This document shows, piece by piece, positions 10,398 through 20,589 of a stretch of 48,572 bases of DNA (position 1 is its first letter; every line of letters begins with the position of its first letter). This DNA is from a virus (taxonomy: Duplodnaviria > Heunggongvirae > Uroviricota > Caudoviricetes). Under the pieces are notes generated by a model, which was not told the DNA's origin, did not search any database, and saw nothing but the letters and a program-made list of their open reading frames with translations. Position numbers and translations under genes: made by a program. The DNA lies in the IMG/VR virus record IMGVR_UViG_2706794699_000012; one strand, 5' to 3'.

Positions 10398-13300
10398 TTA
10401 ACATTCCCCCATCACGTCGCATATTTAACAGATTGCCCTGCACCCGCTGATCAACCATCCCCATAAGTGCTTTTATTGCCTGAGGGCCAATCTCTCCATT
10501 CTGGCCGTCATTTTGAATAGTGATTTGGTATACAGGGGCATAGGTAATATCTCCGCCTCCATTACCACTTTTACTATTAATAGCTCTGACACCAAGAGAA
10601 CCATCGGAAGTTCGTGTTAATGGCATAATGGCTTCCGGTCCAGCCTCACCAAAAACACCAGCCCCTTTTGCAAAAGCAAAAAATTGCGGGGAATCATAAA
10701 TACCGTTCGAATACGTGCTCAATGACGGAGACTCATAAACACCGCCCTTTGCATTCGGAATAAATTTACTAATAGCACTCCCGATAGTTCCTAAAATCCC
10801 CCCAGAAGAACTGTTACTAATGCTGTCGAAAATCCCAGTAATTGAAGCCTTTAATGCTATTCGACTAAGATCCGAAATCACGGAAGTAGCGAAAGAACGA
10901 AAATTTGCCTTGCCTGTCGTGACAAAATCACCCAGCGCATCGGTCATCCCATCAAACATCTGAGTCGTGGTTGATTTTATCTGCTCACTGATATCCTTAG
11001 TGTCATCCAGCCAGTTATTGAATCCCTGGGAGGCACCACTAACCCAGTCTCCTGCCTGAATATCGAGCTGCTCGTTTTTCTGTCTGACAATTTCTTTTTC
11101 CCGTTCCAGAGCATCATTCAGAGCCTGCATTTTCTCTTGAAAAACATGATCTGACATTCCACGGGATTTATCTGCATAGTCACGTTCAAGTTGCAGACGC
11201 TGATTGTTATATCCATGTTCAATCCGCAGTAATTCCTGCTGGCGTTGCTGATTTTTATCGCCAACCCCATAACCAGCAATCTGAATATCATACCCCTGCT
11301 GACGATTATCAATCGAAGCCTGCAATGAATCACGCCATGCTGTTATTTCGGCGGATTCCTTGATTAGCCTGTTATTTTTTTCAATCGCAACATTTTTCTC
11401 CATCAACGTGGTTATTTCTTCCCGGTGTAAGAGAAGCGATTTCTGATCCTGGGTTAATTTCGATGATGGTCGTGACTCTAGGTCGGCAATCCGCTGACGC
11501 CACTTAACCAGTTCCTGTTCAGAGGAACTTAATTTAACGGTCAACTCAGCTTGTGAACTTAGTAACGCATTCTGTTGATTCAGATGATCAATCATTCGTT
11601 GGGCTGCATCATCAGAATAACCTTTCGCCTTTGGTTGCTTTGGATCTTTATAACGCTCATTTATTTGAGCGATAAGATTATTATATTCTTCCTTTGAATA
11701 CTGATTCTTTAGCTTTTCCAGTTTTGCAAGTTCACTAGCTCTCTGCTGCTCCCGGGTCTGATATTGTTTTGAAAAGGCATCTGCTCTCTGTCTGAGTTCA
11801 ATTCCTTCCTGTTGTCGCTTGTTGTAATCGTTTATTGATGAATTTAGTACGTCCTGAGCAATTTTTTCTGCTTGAAGTACGCCCAATTGCTGCTTTAATC
11901 GTGCCAGCCTTTTATTTTGAGCTCCGCCATCTCCAATGCCACCTAACCCGAAAACTCCGGGTCGGGTATTTTTTTCTATTTCATCAATTTGACGGAGAAC
12001 ATCTGAGATTTTTTGATCAAGGGAGGCCTCACGGCCAATATCCAGCATGGAATCCCATGCCCATTTTGCGGAGTCTGCGACAGCTTTCCATGCAGTCTCA
12101 AGATAACCAAGATTTTCTTTAATCTGGTTGGTGCGCTGGATCATTGAGGATGAGTATTCTTCTGTCGCAATGCGGGCGGCCTCCTGCTGGTTCCCTTCAT
12201 CCTGTAGCGCCTTAATCTGGTTATAAGTCGCAAGTGTCAGAAAATGGTACTGATCATTAAGTTTTGATATGGCACTGACAGGATCCTTTGCAATTTCATT
12301 GAAGTCATTAACCAGTTGTTCGGTTGATATTCCTGTTACTTCGCTCGTTTTTACTATCGCTGTCGTCACTTGCTCCAGCGAACTGCTCGCTACCTTTCCC
12401 GAACGCACAAGCTGATTTAATACTGCCGCCGCAGCACCAGTTGTCGAATCAGCCGCATTCCCGGCACGTTGAGCTATATCGCCCAATTGCCCGCTGGTTG
12501 TCCCCAACTGATTTCCGGTAAGAATAAGAGATTTATTAAATTCGTCCTGCTCCTGAGAGCCTTTATAGTAAGCCAGTCCTAAGACCCCAACGGCTGCTGC
12601 GGCCAGGGTAAAAGGATTAATTAATCCCAGCACATAAGAACCTACACCTTTGATCGCCGGGCCAATCCCACCGAACATATCTTTTAGCTGGCCGCCCTGC
12701 TGCATTAACACCATAAATGGCGACTGACCAGTGGACAACCCAACAACAATATCCGTCATTTGTACAGGCAACATGCGCATAGCAAAAGCCGTTTGTTTTG
12801 CCGACATTCCGGTTTTGCTTAATTGTGATTGAGTAACCTCAAGCTCACTCCGCATAGCACGAAGTTTTCCAGAAAGCTCCTCATACATTTCAGGAGAAAG
12901 CATCCCCTTAGCTTTTGCTTCATTGAGCTGTTTCTGTTGTTCTACCAGACGATTAAAAGCAGTTCCGACAGGATCAAGTTGAGCAATCAGACGTTGCAAA
13001 GCAACAACCTGTTCATCATGCGCTTTTGCTGCTTCTCGCTCTGCCTGAGCCTCTCCGGTAAGCTCTCGCCGTGTTTCCTGTATTTTTCGGCTATAATTCT
13101 CAAACTGAGAACCATTTATTTTCCCGGATGCAAACGCAGCATTAAGTTCATCATGCTGTTGTTCAAGATTTCTTAGCGCCGCAGCCAGAGGGTCGATCTT
13201 GTCCAGCATTCTTTGAAAGGCCTGAGCCTGCGCTTCCTGCTGGGCGGCAGCAAGTTTTCCGGCCTTCTCGGCTTCTCTCTGCGCTTGCGCAACCCCGCTC

Positions 13301-13623
13301 AATTCCTCTGTGGTTTCATTAAGTTTACGGACAAGAAATTCATATTCTTCTTTATCAATAAGCCCTTTATCGAAAAATTTCTTTAATTCAGAATAGCGTC
13401 GACCGACAGTATCAATTGCGGCACCAACTGGATCAATAGCTGCTTTTAATTTTGCGAGCGCGTTCTTCTCATCTTCTGTTGCCTTAGTCACTTTCCCTGC
13501 GCTATTTGCAGCAGTTTCCCCAGCCTGCGTCATTTTGACTAATGAGGAGGTCAGATTGTCAGCATTATTTTTCGCTCCAGTGCTATCAATAATTATTGCG
13601 AGACGCGAGGTTTGCTCTGCCAT
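10390..13623 (-). CDS. tail tape measure protein
   Basis: 1077 aa, coiled-coil-rich N-terminal half, Gly/hydrophobic segment in the middle, located between G/GT and M. Confidence 0.88.
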   Translation of the reverse strand: MAEQTSRLAIIIDSTGAKNNADNLTSSLVKMTQAGETAANSAGKVTKATEDEKNALAKLKAAIDPVGAAIDTVGRRYSELKKFFDKGLIDKEEYEFLVRKLNETTEELSGVAQAQREAEKAGKLAAAQQEAQAQAFQRMLDKIDPLAAALRNLEQQHDELNAAFASGKINGSQFENYSRKIQETRRELTGEAQAEREAAKAHDEQVVALQRLIAQLDPVGTAFNRLVEQQKQLNEAKAKGMLSPEMYEELSGKLRAMRSELEVTQSQLSKTGMSAKQTAFAMRMLPVQMTDIVVGLSTGQSPFMVLMQQGGQLKDMFGGIGPAIKGVGSYVLGLINPFTLAAAAVGVLGLAYYKGSQEQDEFNKSLILTGNQLGTTSGQLGDIAQRAGNAADSTTGAAAAVLNQLVRSGKVASSSLEQVTTAIVKTSEVTGISTEQLVNDFNEIAKDPVSAISKLNDQYHFLTLATYNQIKALQDEGNQQEAARIATEEYSSSMIQRTNQIKENLGYLETAWKAVADSAKWAWDSMLDIGREASLDQKISDVLRQIDEIEKNTRPGVFGLGGIGDGGAQNKRLARLKQQLGVLQAEKIAQDVLNSSINDYNKRQQEGIELRQRADAFSKQYQTREQQRASELAKLEKLKNQYSKEEYNNLIAQINERYKDPKQPKAKGYSDDAAQRMIDHLNQQNALLSSQAELTVKLSSSEQELVKWRQRIADLESRPSSKLTQDQKSLLLHREEITTLMEKNVAIEKNNRLIKESAEITAWRDSLQASIDNRQQGYDIQIAGYGVGDKNQQRQQELLRIEHGYNNQRLQLERDYADKSRGMSDHVFQEKMQALNDALEREKEIVRQKNEQLDIQAGDWVSGASQGFNNWLDDTKDISEQIKSTTTQMFDGMTDALGDFVTTGKANFRSFATSVISDLSRIALKASITGIFDSISNSSSGGILGTIGSAISKFIPNAKGGVYESPSLSTYSNGIYDSPQFFAFAKGAGVFGEAGPEAIMPLTRTSDGSLGVRAINSKSGNGGGDITYAPVYQITIQNDGQNGEIGPQAIKALMGMVDQRVQGNLLNMRRDGGMLSG

Positions 13624-13646
13624 TTATTAAAACTCCTGACAACAAA

Positions 13647-13668
13647 AAACCCACCGCGAAGTGGGTTT
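13647..13668 (-). terminator. hairpin with U-run between GT and tape-measure genes (attenuator-like)
   Basis: Stem aaacccac (13647-13654) / gtgggttt (13661-13668), loop cgcgaa, U-run on the minus strand; lies 24 nt upstream of the tape-measure start. Confidence 0.4.
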
Positions 13669-13788
13669 CAGGCGACATAATAGTAGATATAGCGATTACG
13701 AGGCCACGCAATGCTTTTCTCCAGGAGCATCATCGATTTAATTAAAGACACCATCACATCTCTGTAACAGAGTGTACGTAATTAACAA

Positions 13789-14558
13789 CTACACACACTG
13801 CTCCTGAAAATACTGGTCATCCAGTGCAAAGATCACTGCTTCAAATTCATCGCGCTCAATCAATACCGGATGAGTGGCTAAATATTCATTTATCTCTGTC
13901 AGAGATAAAGGCAAAGGCACCCCAGCCATTCCAGCATAACGTCGGGCACGGGATATTACCGAATAGGCGTACAACAACTCCTTAAGCACCGGGTCTATTT
14001 CTGGTTCCGGTATCGGTGGCAACCTGAGTTTTTCTCGCTTCCATCTTGCCTTTTCCCCCCTTTCTCCCCCGAACTCCGATAACCACCGCTGGGCAGCTAT
14101 GGCTTTTTTATCGTATCCTGCTTCTGCTGCTCTTTACCCTGGGCGATGCTGGCTGCTTCTGCAAGGATCTGCCAGTACAACTCTGGATTCTGCTTAAGCA
14201 GCGCGATCCCTCGTTCTGCCGTATATTCCAGTGCAACCTCAACACCATTAACCAGTTCACCAACCCCTTTCCAGTCTTTCAGCAGATAACGAGCGGCATT
14301 ATCAATGAGTAAATCATCAACAGAATCCACCTCGGAAACCTTTGAAATATCAAACTCCTTCGTTCCGACGTGCAAACTGGCATCCATTTTCTCAATGTGG
14401 CGACGGATTAATGCATTACGGGAGCGATACTGATCGTTATCGCTGCTTGCCACCAACAGTTTTAACCCGTCTACAGGTTTTAAGTCCTTCATTGGCGTAA
14501 ACCAGCGTTCTCCACCAATGATAATTTTCTGATTAAGAATAAACATCCATAACCTCAT
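13789..14558 (-). CDS. tail assembly chaperone fusion (lambda GT analogue) made by programmed -1 frameshift
   Basis: The -1 frame stays open from the slippery site through the 13789..14022 ORF; my hand translation after the shift reads KKAIAAQRWLSEFGGERGEKARWKREKLRLPPIPEPEID... Confidence 0.7.
14097..14558 (-). CDS. tail assembly chaperone (lambda G analogue)
   Basis: 153-aa acidic protein immediately upstream of tape measure; ends ...DTIKKP with the slippery heptamer at its 3' end. Confidence 0.75.
   Translation of the reverse strand: MRLWMFILNQKIIIGGERWFTPMKDLKPVDGLKLLVASSDNDQYRSRNALIRRHIEKMDASLHVGTKEFDISKVSEVDSVDDLLIDNAARYLLKDWKGVGELVNGVEVALEYTAERGIALLKQNPELYWQILAEAASIAQGKEQQKQDTIKKP
14103..14109 (-). 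promoter_or_regulatory. -1 ribosomal frameshift slippery heptamer A-AAA-AAG
   Basis: Minus-strand mRNA reads AUA AAA AAG CCA UAG; plus-strand bases 14104-14109 are tttttt and 14103 is c. Confidence 0.75.
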
Positions 14559-14606
14559 TCAATGCGTCCCCCTGTAGGGCAGTACCACAGGAGGAATAAC
14601 GGAAAA

Positions 14607-15569
14607 TCAACTAATCGCCTCAGCACTGGCTTTTGCGATCACGGCAGCCGGGGAATTTTTTTTTCTGGTTATCGTAGGTGCTTCATCTGCTGCGGTAATG
14701 CTCAATTGAACCTGGATAATGTCGCTATTACCCCCATCAGGCCATTCACCTGACACCTGAACCTTCGGGAAACTGAAAGTGTATGCCCCCTCTCCATTCG
14801 AAAGCGTGAAGCTGAACGGAACTGTTTCTCCAGTCAGTGTTTTACTCCAGATTTCCCACGCGGCTTTAGACCATGAAAGCGTCACCGTACCGGACGGTGT
14901 AAAAGTAGTCGGAATATTTGCTCCTGCATAAGGCGAGCCAGTCCCGATACAACGCTGTGTCTGGAGTTTGTTATCGAACTGAATATCAAAACTGTCGATA
15001 CAAAAACCGTTACCTCCGGCAACACCATTCAGGCTTACTGCTGAAACCTCCTTAAACGAATAACGTAGCTTTCCTGCACTATCCACAGGTTCGCCTTTGA
15101 TAAAATTCGTATCATCGGCCTTTGATTCCCAGTCCAGTCCGGCAAAGGTTACGGTCGCTGTAATATCGCCGTCGTTAGGGATCTGCATTTTCCATGAGCC
15201 AACCTGCGCTCCTCTGACGACAGAGGCAATTCCGACATCGGACGCATAGGTCGCCAGAGAAAATGTTATTCGCTCATTCCCCATTGTCAGAGAATCGCCT
15301 GACCATTCCGCGCCGAAACAGGATGCAAGAAAATCATCATGTTGACCCCAGCGAAATTTGGTACCAACATCACCGCCGACATCCACAGTGCCAGGCGTCG
15401 CCCCCTGAGCCATCCGGGAGCCACCAATCTCATTATTTTCGCCTTTATTCTGGGTGGGTTTTACTCCCCAGCTTGTGCGTTTTAATAAACTCCAGTCACC
15501 ACTTGCTGGCGTAGTGCCTGCAACCGTCTCCCGGATAAATGCCGAGATAACCTTTGCACCTGAACTCAC
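14607..15569 (-). CDS. major tail (tube) protein
   Basis: 320 aa, directly upstream of the chaperone pair; GTG start preceded by AGGAGG. Confidence 0.7.
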   Translation of the reverse strand: MSSGAKVISAFIRETVAGTTPASGDWSLLKRTSWGVKPTQNKGENNEIGGSRMAQGATPGTVDVGGDVGTKFRWGQHDDFLASCFGAEWSGDSLTMGNERITFSLATYASDVGIASVVRGAQVGSWKMQIPNDGDITATVTFAGLDWESKADDTNFIKGEPVDSAGKLRYSFKEVSAVSLNGVAGGNGFCIDSFDIQFDNKLQTQRCIGTGSPYAGANIPTTFTPSGTVTLSWSKAAWEIWSKTLTGETVPFSFTLSNGEGAYTFSFPKVQVSGEWPDGGNSDIIQVQLSITAADEAPTITRKKNSPAAVIAKASAEAIS

Positions 15570-15595
15570 AGGAGCCTCCTATGTCATTAATTGCG

Positions 15596-15988
15596 CTAGA
15601 GCGCGCGATATGGAATTTGAAGATTAAGCTGGAACCAGCCATTCTTTTCGCCAACGGCTATTGAGGAAACAGCCTGGTAACTGAGACGATCGTCATCCTG
15701 AAACTCAAACAGTTCCCGCAATTTATCGGCTGTCTCAGTAATGAGTTTTGAACCAGAACCTGCGGGGACAAATAACTGAATAATGATTATCCCCGTGCGA
15801 TAAACAACCGGCCCCGCGCCAATTTCATTAACTCCAGCCTGCCCGGGAATATTACTTAACCGCGCCCAGATTAACTTACCGGAAGGATCGAACGTTGGCC
15901 CGTTCGGATACAATACGTCTTTTCCATCAATAATCGTCTGTGCCGTCATTCTGGAAATAACCGTATTTCTGATTTCAGTAAACTTCAT
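15596..15988 (-). CDS. tail terminator / tail completion protein (by position)
   Basis: 130-aa ORF between head-tail joining genes and major tail protein. Confidence 0.45.
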   Translation of the reverse strand: MKFTEIRNTVISRMTAQTIIDGKDVLYPNGPTFDPSGKLIWARLSNIPGQAGVNEIGAGPVVYRTGIIIIQLFVPAGSGSKLITETADKLRELFEFQDDDRLSYQAVSSIAVGEKNGWFQLNLQIPYRAL

Positions 15989-16365
15989 TTGTAAGCCTGT
16001 AAAACACCATGAAAAGCGTTGGCATACACGCCAGTTGGCGCTTGTTGTGAATGACCGTTTTCAAGAGCCTCTGCATAAGGAAGGTTATTCTGGATATAAA
16101 TAACCCCGTAATTTGCAGCTTTCGAAATAACCCCGATCCCACGCTGAACAGCAATCGTACCGTTCGGATCCACGTTATCAGATATACCAAAATCGGGATG
16201 CTGTAACGACACCAGGTTGTTATTTCTGAAACGTCCGGTATCAACCGGAGCAGCAATATCAATAGCAGTAAGAATCTGCATAGCGATGTAGCGAATCTTC
16301 AGCCCTACATCTTCCTCAATCATCCCGGCAAATATTGACGGTTCTATATCCCATGCCTTTGCCAT
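15985..16365 (-). CDS. head-tail joining protein (by position)
   Basis: 126-aa ORF, overlapping start/stop with neighbours in the connector block. Confidence 0.45.
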   Translation of the reverse strand: MAKAWDIEPSIFAGMIEEDVGLKIRYIAMQILTAIDIAAPVDTGRFRNNNLVSLQHPDFGISDNVDPNGTIAVQRGIGVISKAANYGVIYIQNNLPYAEALENGHSQQAPTGVYANAFHGVLQAYK

Positions 16366-16749
16366 TTACGCTCTCCTTAACTGGATAGAGTAAACTGATG
16401 CGGAAGGATCTACACTTGCTGTAATTACCTCGTATCGTTGTAACTGCCTTGATACAGGATCATAAATCTCAATAATATGGTCGACAGCTGGTTTATCCGT
16501 AACCTCGCATACCAGAGCGGTTAATTTAAGGTCACCATGCAAAATATTAATCCCATCAATTCTGCCCAGCTTATAACGTGTCAACACGCCTCGCCCGGTA
16601 TAGATTGCGGTTGATTCGCCGCCAGTTTCCGTCACAGGATCCCAGTGCCGGTGCGTAACGTAAGAACCAGAAAAATCACTCACGGCGTCCGCTAAATCCT
16701 CATCAAAAGCAGCGGCAACCTCTGACTGAATCTCTTCACGAAGCCCCAT
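16366..16749 (-). CDS. head-tail joining protein (by position)
   Basis: 127-aa ORF in the connector block. Confidence 0.45.
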   Translation of the reverse strand: MGLREEIQSEVAAAFDEDLADAVSDFSGSYVTHRHWDPVTETGGESTAIYTGRGVLTRYKLGRIDGINILHGDLKLTALVCEVTDKPAVDHIIEIYDPVSRQLQRYEVITASVDPSASVYSIQLRRA

Positions 16750-17144
16750 TATCCCCCCCTCACAACCCTGACTTGTGAGCGACTAAGTCCGTACGGTTTC
16801 AGCAGTGCTATCGCAAGCTGTAAATCGGGTTCAAGCAATGCAGTGCTGTTTGCTGGCAACTCAGAAAATGATTTCGATACACTGACCCCGTCAGCCGACA
16901 CGGCTTTACTGATAACAACGCCAGAATCATTTTTCTGCTGAAACAACTTACCGAATGAGGCAATTCTGGCTGCATATGCTCCCGCAAGTTTTACCTCTTC
17001 CGGAATACGGGATGGGTTAATTTTCAGGTTGAAGCCATTAAGCCAGGCATTAGCCATTAAAACAGCTTTATTTTTAGCGTTCTCACTCGTCCAGGCGTTC
17101 CCAAACGCATTATCAACGTCATCACAGGTCACGTAAGTGATCAT
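16749..17144 (-). CDS. head-tail connector / adaptor protein (by position)
   Basis: 131-aa ORF; upstream AGGAG; first gene after capsid region. Confidence 0.45.
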   Translation of the reverse strand: MITYVTCDDVDNAFGNAWTSENAKNKAVLMANAWLNGFNLKINPSRIPEEVKLAGAYAARIASFGKLFQQKNDSGVVISKAVSADGVSVSKSFSELPANSTALLEPDLQLAIALLKPYGLSRSQVRVVRGG

Positions 17145-17147
17145 GTG

Positions 17148-17324
17148 TTACTCCTGAGTTTTCCAGCCCATAGCCTTCCAGTTGTCAACTTCATCAGGAT
17201 GAACATTAGCGATAGTTGGTGCGCCGGGAAACATCTGATAATCGGTCACCATAACCACTAACTCAATTTGCGTTTTTTGTGCGGCTTCACGCTGTGCTCT
17301 TTGCTCTTTAGTTAATCCGGCCAT
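17148..17324 (-). CDS. small hypothetical protein (58 aa) between capsid and connector genes
   Basis: Hand-translated MAGLTKEQRAQREAAQKTQIELVVMVTDYQMFPGAPTIANVHPDEVDNWKAMGWKTQE; not in ORF track (under 60 aa); fills the 220-nt gap. Confidence 0.35.
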   Translation of the reverse strand: MAGLTKEQRAQREAAQKTQIELVVMVTDYQMFPGAPTIANVHPDEVDNWKAMGWKTQE

Positions 17325-17366
17325 ATGCCCCCCATTAAAAATGGGGCCGAAGCCCCGTTTGAATGT

Positions 17367-18506
17367 TTAACCAAGAATCAGACAACCATGTGCCGGCTTC
17401 ACTGATGAAACACCCCATGCCAGTCCAACTTCATAGCGCACCTGGCGATACTGACGATACAGTGCAATCTGGAACGTAATCCCTGAAATCGGGTCCGTAA
17501 CATTCATTACATCATCAGCATTATCGCCACCTTCCGGCATTGCCGGAGTACGGGATGCCAGCAGAAACGCGTTGCGATCAAACGCCATATTTGCAGTAAA
17601 GGCCCCAACAACTGTGATGGCAGTATCATCGGCCAGATCCTGACGCAGTCCGGGCGCTGCAAGAGTAATCAGATTGCTGGTCGCTGCTGCCACAACATAC
17701 TGATTCGGATCACCAGCGAACGTAACAATCTGACCTGCAGAAATACTCCCCGAACCAGTATCAATGGAAATAAGAACATCGCCTTCTTTTTTCTCTCCAT
17801 TCACGAGATAACCAGTTGCAGCAACCTTTGGCGCTCGTTTCACACCTGCCGAACTGTGAATATTGAATCCCTCCAGACGCCCCAACACGCCCTCACGCAG
17901 TAGCTGTTCAGTGCCGGATTCATTCACTTTAAACAATACAGACTGTTTTCCGCGCAAATTAGCAATGGCAGTGGAGCCAAGCACCATCTGCAGATCGGTT
18001 GTCGGTGCGCCGTTATCCTCCAGAACCTGACGAGCCAGAGCAGCATCAGAAAGATCATCTTTAACACCAAACGGCGTTGTCCCTGCGGTTCCCACGGCGC
18101 GGGAAGCACCGAAATACAACGCACCAAGATCAGCCTCAACCTCGTTTGCAAGGGCGCGAAAAGCCTGCTTGAACTGATCAGCCAGAATGGTGTTGTAAGT
18201 CCCTGAAGGGCCAAGAGCCAGTTGTTCTTCACCATTCCATTTAACCGGTGCCATTTTGGATTTAGTAATTTTTACATCAACAGTGCCAATATTTTGATCA
18301 CCGGTATTCGGAGCTGACGGCCCCGGTACGATATCTTCGGTTTTCGCCTCAGGCGCAACTGGCGCGGTTACCGTCTGATCTTTTGCTGCGGCGTCAGCTT
18401 TTGCGTTTTTTGCTACCGCAGGGATAAAACCTACCTGCTCACGGGATACAACATCCAGGGCGGTATAAATAGTCGGGATCAACCCGGTCAGGGTATTTCC
18501 AGCCAT
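17367..18506 (-). CDS. major capsid protein
   Basis: Internal ATG at 18506 (MAGNTLTGL...) preceded by AAGGAA; about 380 aa; follows scaffold gene. Confidence 0.75.
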   Translation of the reverse strand: MAGNTLTGLIPTIYTALDVVSREQVGFIPAVAKNAKADAAAKDQTVTAPVAPEAKTEDIVPGPSAPNTGDQNIGTVDVKITKSKMAPVKWNGEEQLALGPSGTYNTILADQFKQAFRALANEVEADLGALYFGASRAVGTAGTTPFGVKDDLSDAALARQVLEDNGAPTTDLQMVLGSTAIANLRGKQSVLFKVNESGTEQLLREGVLGRLEGFNIHSSAGVKRAPKVAATGYLVNGEKKEGDVLISIDTGSGSISAGQIVTFAGDPNQYVVAAATSNLITLAAPGLRQDLADDTAITVVGAFTANMAFDRNAFLLASRTPAMPEGGDNADDVMNVTDPISGITFQIALYRQYRQVRYEVGLAWGVSSVKPAHGCLILG

Positions 18507-18604
18507 AATTAAATATTCCTTAAAAATTTGCGTAATTGTGAATAGATGGAGTAATGAGCTATCCAGCCCTGACACCAGCTCCCATCCGGAAGCTGACAAA
18601 TGTG

Positions 18605-19369
18605 TTAATCAACGATTGTGATACCGTCTTTCAATGCGTTTTGCTTACCTGCAACATCCAGTGCATCAAAAGCAGAGCGTTTCATCGTTTTCTGACCAAT
18701 ATCATGCTGTGTCGGACGGGAGCCGCCGCCATTGTTGCCACTGGCTTTCAGGATGTAGTCTTTCTGAGGGTAATTTTCGACAAGGAACTCCAGCGCCTCA
18801 TCAAACTGCGCCAGTTCGCCAGGCTTCGCGCGGGAATAAATTTTGTTGCCGGAAGCGTCATAAGCAACGATCCTCCCTTCTTCCACTTTGAATGCCTGCC
18901 CGAAGCGGGCTTGTAATAAATCTGCCGGGATCGCAATTTTATCGGCAATATATTTTGAACCCGCAAAACTACCGCCAATCATAGAATCGTAAAGCTGCTT
19001 CTCCAGCATCTGAGAGCGTTGCTTTTCTTCATCTAATTGCTGCTGAAAATTTTTCGTAATTTCTGCCTTAACCTGGTCAACCTGTCCCGCATCGAGCAGC
19101 TTTTTCTGGTCGATTTTTGACAGCATTTCCAGTGCCTCGATCGCCTTCTTCGGGTCTTCGATAGCGGCAAACTTAGCCAGTTTTTCCTCTGCAGCTTCTT
19201 TAGCCAGGCGATGATTTTTTGCCTCGCCATTAAGCTCTGTAATTTTTTTTGTCGCCAGCGGTGCATCGAAGCCAATTTCTTTACCATCGTCGTGCACATA
19301 AACTGGCAGGCCAGCAGTATCAATTTCTGCGTATTGTTTTCCGTTAATCTCGACCGTTTTCAGTTTCAT
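18605..19369 (-). CDS. scaffolding protein
   Basis: Start at MKLKTVEINGKQYAEID (ATG 19367-19369); charged, helical, between head morphogenesis and capsid genes. Confidence 0.6.
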   Translation of the reverse strand: MKLKTVEINGKQYAEIDTAGLPVYVHDDGKEIGFDAPLATKKITELNGEAKNHRLAKEAAEEKLAKFAAIEDPKKAIEALEMLSKIDQKKLLDAGQVDQVKAEITKNFQQQLDEEKQRSQMLEKQLYDSMIGGSFAGSKYIADKIAIPADLLQARFGQAFKVEEGRIVAYDASGNKIYSRAKPGELAQFDEALEFLVENYPQKDYILKASGNNGGGSRPTQHDIGQKTMKRSAFDALDVAGKQNALKDGITIVD

Positions 19370-19473
19370 ATTAGTACCTGGTTTAAGTCTTCCGACAGTT
19401 ACGCTGCTCACCATCCGGATCGCAGCAATAAAAAAGGCCACCCGAAGGTAGCCTGTTGTAATAAATGATTTAT

Positions 19474-20589
19474 TTAAATCCCTGCTTTTCTGAATACCTG
19501 TGCATCACGCTCACGGAGCTGCTTCAGCGTCAGCCATTCGCCTTTATCGGTGTAAAATTCATCTGGCGACATACCACCATCCCGAATCAGCTTTGCTCGG
19601 CTTTCCCCCACAATCTGTTTTTGTCTGGTGTAAGGCTGACGCAAAAACCATTCCCTGTAGGTTGTATCTCCGGCCACCACGCCATCCATGCTGGCCCGCT
19701 CAGCCGGGGAAATATCGCGAACATCAATACCCAGTTCCTTCGCTGATTTCAGAATGAACGTTTCCGTTGAGCGGCAGCAGAAATGAATTTTTCCCGGCCC
19801 CTGCAAATAAGGCACGCTGTGACCTACAGGTTTATTATTCAGCGTATATTTGAGGCGATCCCTGATTCGACATTGTGGCGTAGTACGATTATCAAGCGTT
19901 GATAACCATTGCTTACCCTTAATCAAATCATTATTCGCGCTGGCAAAACTCTCACGGGCAGTAGCAGCAAGATGTCCAACCGCTGTTTTTGCAATGCTGG
20001 CCGCATTAGCCCGGCTCATCTGCAATGCACCATCCTGAAATCCCTTACTGACATGTCCCCGAATTTTTCTTGCGATCTGCTCATTGGTATCCCCCAGCAA
20101 AAAACCCTGACGCACTGTATTTGTTATGCGTCTGAGCCGATCCGCCTCAAGATCTGAGGCCCACTCACTGAGCAGTCGTCCCTGGAATGGTCGCGCCATT
20201 GCAGCGGCATAAAGTGCATCAGGAGAGATACCAACCAGAGGGTGAACATCAGCAACAAAATCAGGTAGCATAGAATCAAACAGACTTAACTGATAACCAG
20301 CCTCATAAATTGCCAGCTCGTTCAGCTCTCCGGAGAGACTGGTAAACATGCTGTTAATAGCAGTGCGGTTAACCTCTCTGACGCTCGCCAGAAGTGACTC
20401 CAGGCGCTTAACGGTAAAACTACCTGGATCGAGGCTGTCCAGTGCTATCAGCAGGCGAGCAGTAAGTTCCGCATCGCTGTCATTCAGTATTTTCACCATT
20501 CTGGCAGCCACGCCAGTGCTATAGCGGGATATCCAGACTGCATGAGCAATTGATTCATCACGCAGCCGTTCATTCACGGTTTGCATCAT
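19474..20589 (-). CDS. phage head morphogenesis protein (Mu F / SPP1 gp7-like minor head protein)
   Basis: 371 aa directly downstream of portal, overlapping it by 20 nt. Confidence 0.7.
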   Translation of the reverse strand: MMQTVNERLRDESIAHAVWISRYSTGVAARMVKILNDSDAELTARLLIALDSLDPGSFTVKRLESLLASVREVNRTAINSMFTSLSGELNELAIYEAGYQLSLFDSMLPDFVADVHPLVGISPDALYAAAMARPFQGRLLSEWASDLEADRLRRITNTVRQGFLLGDTNEQIARKIRGHVSKGFQDGALQMSRANAASIAKTAVGHLAATARESFASANNDLIKGKQWLSTLDNRTTPQCRIRDRLKYTLNNKPVGHSVPYLQGPGKIHFCCRSTETFILKSAKELGIDVRDISPAERASMDGVVAGDTTYREWFLRQPYTRQKQIVGESRAKLIRDGGMSPDEFYTDKGEWLTLKQLRERDAQVFRKAGI

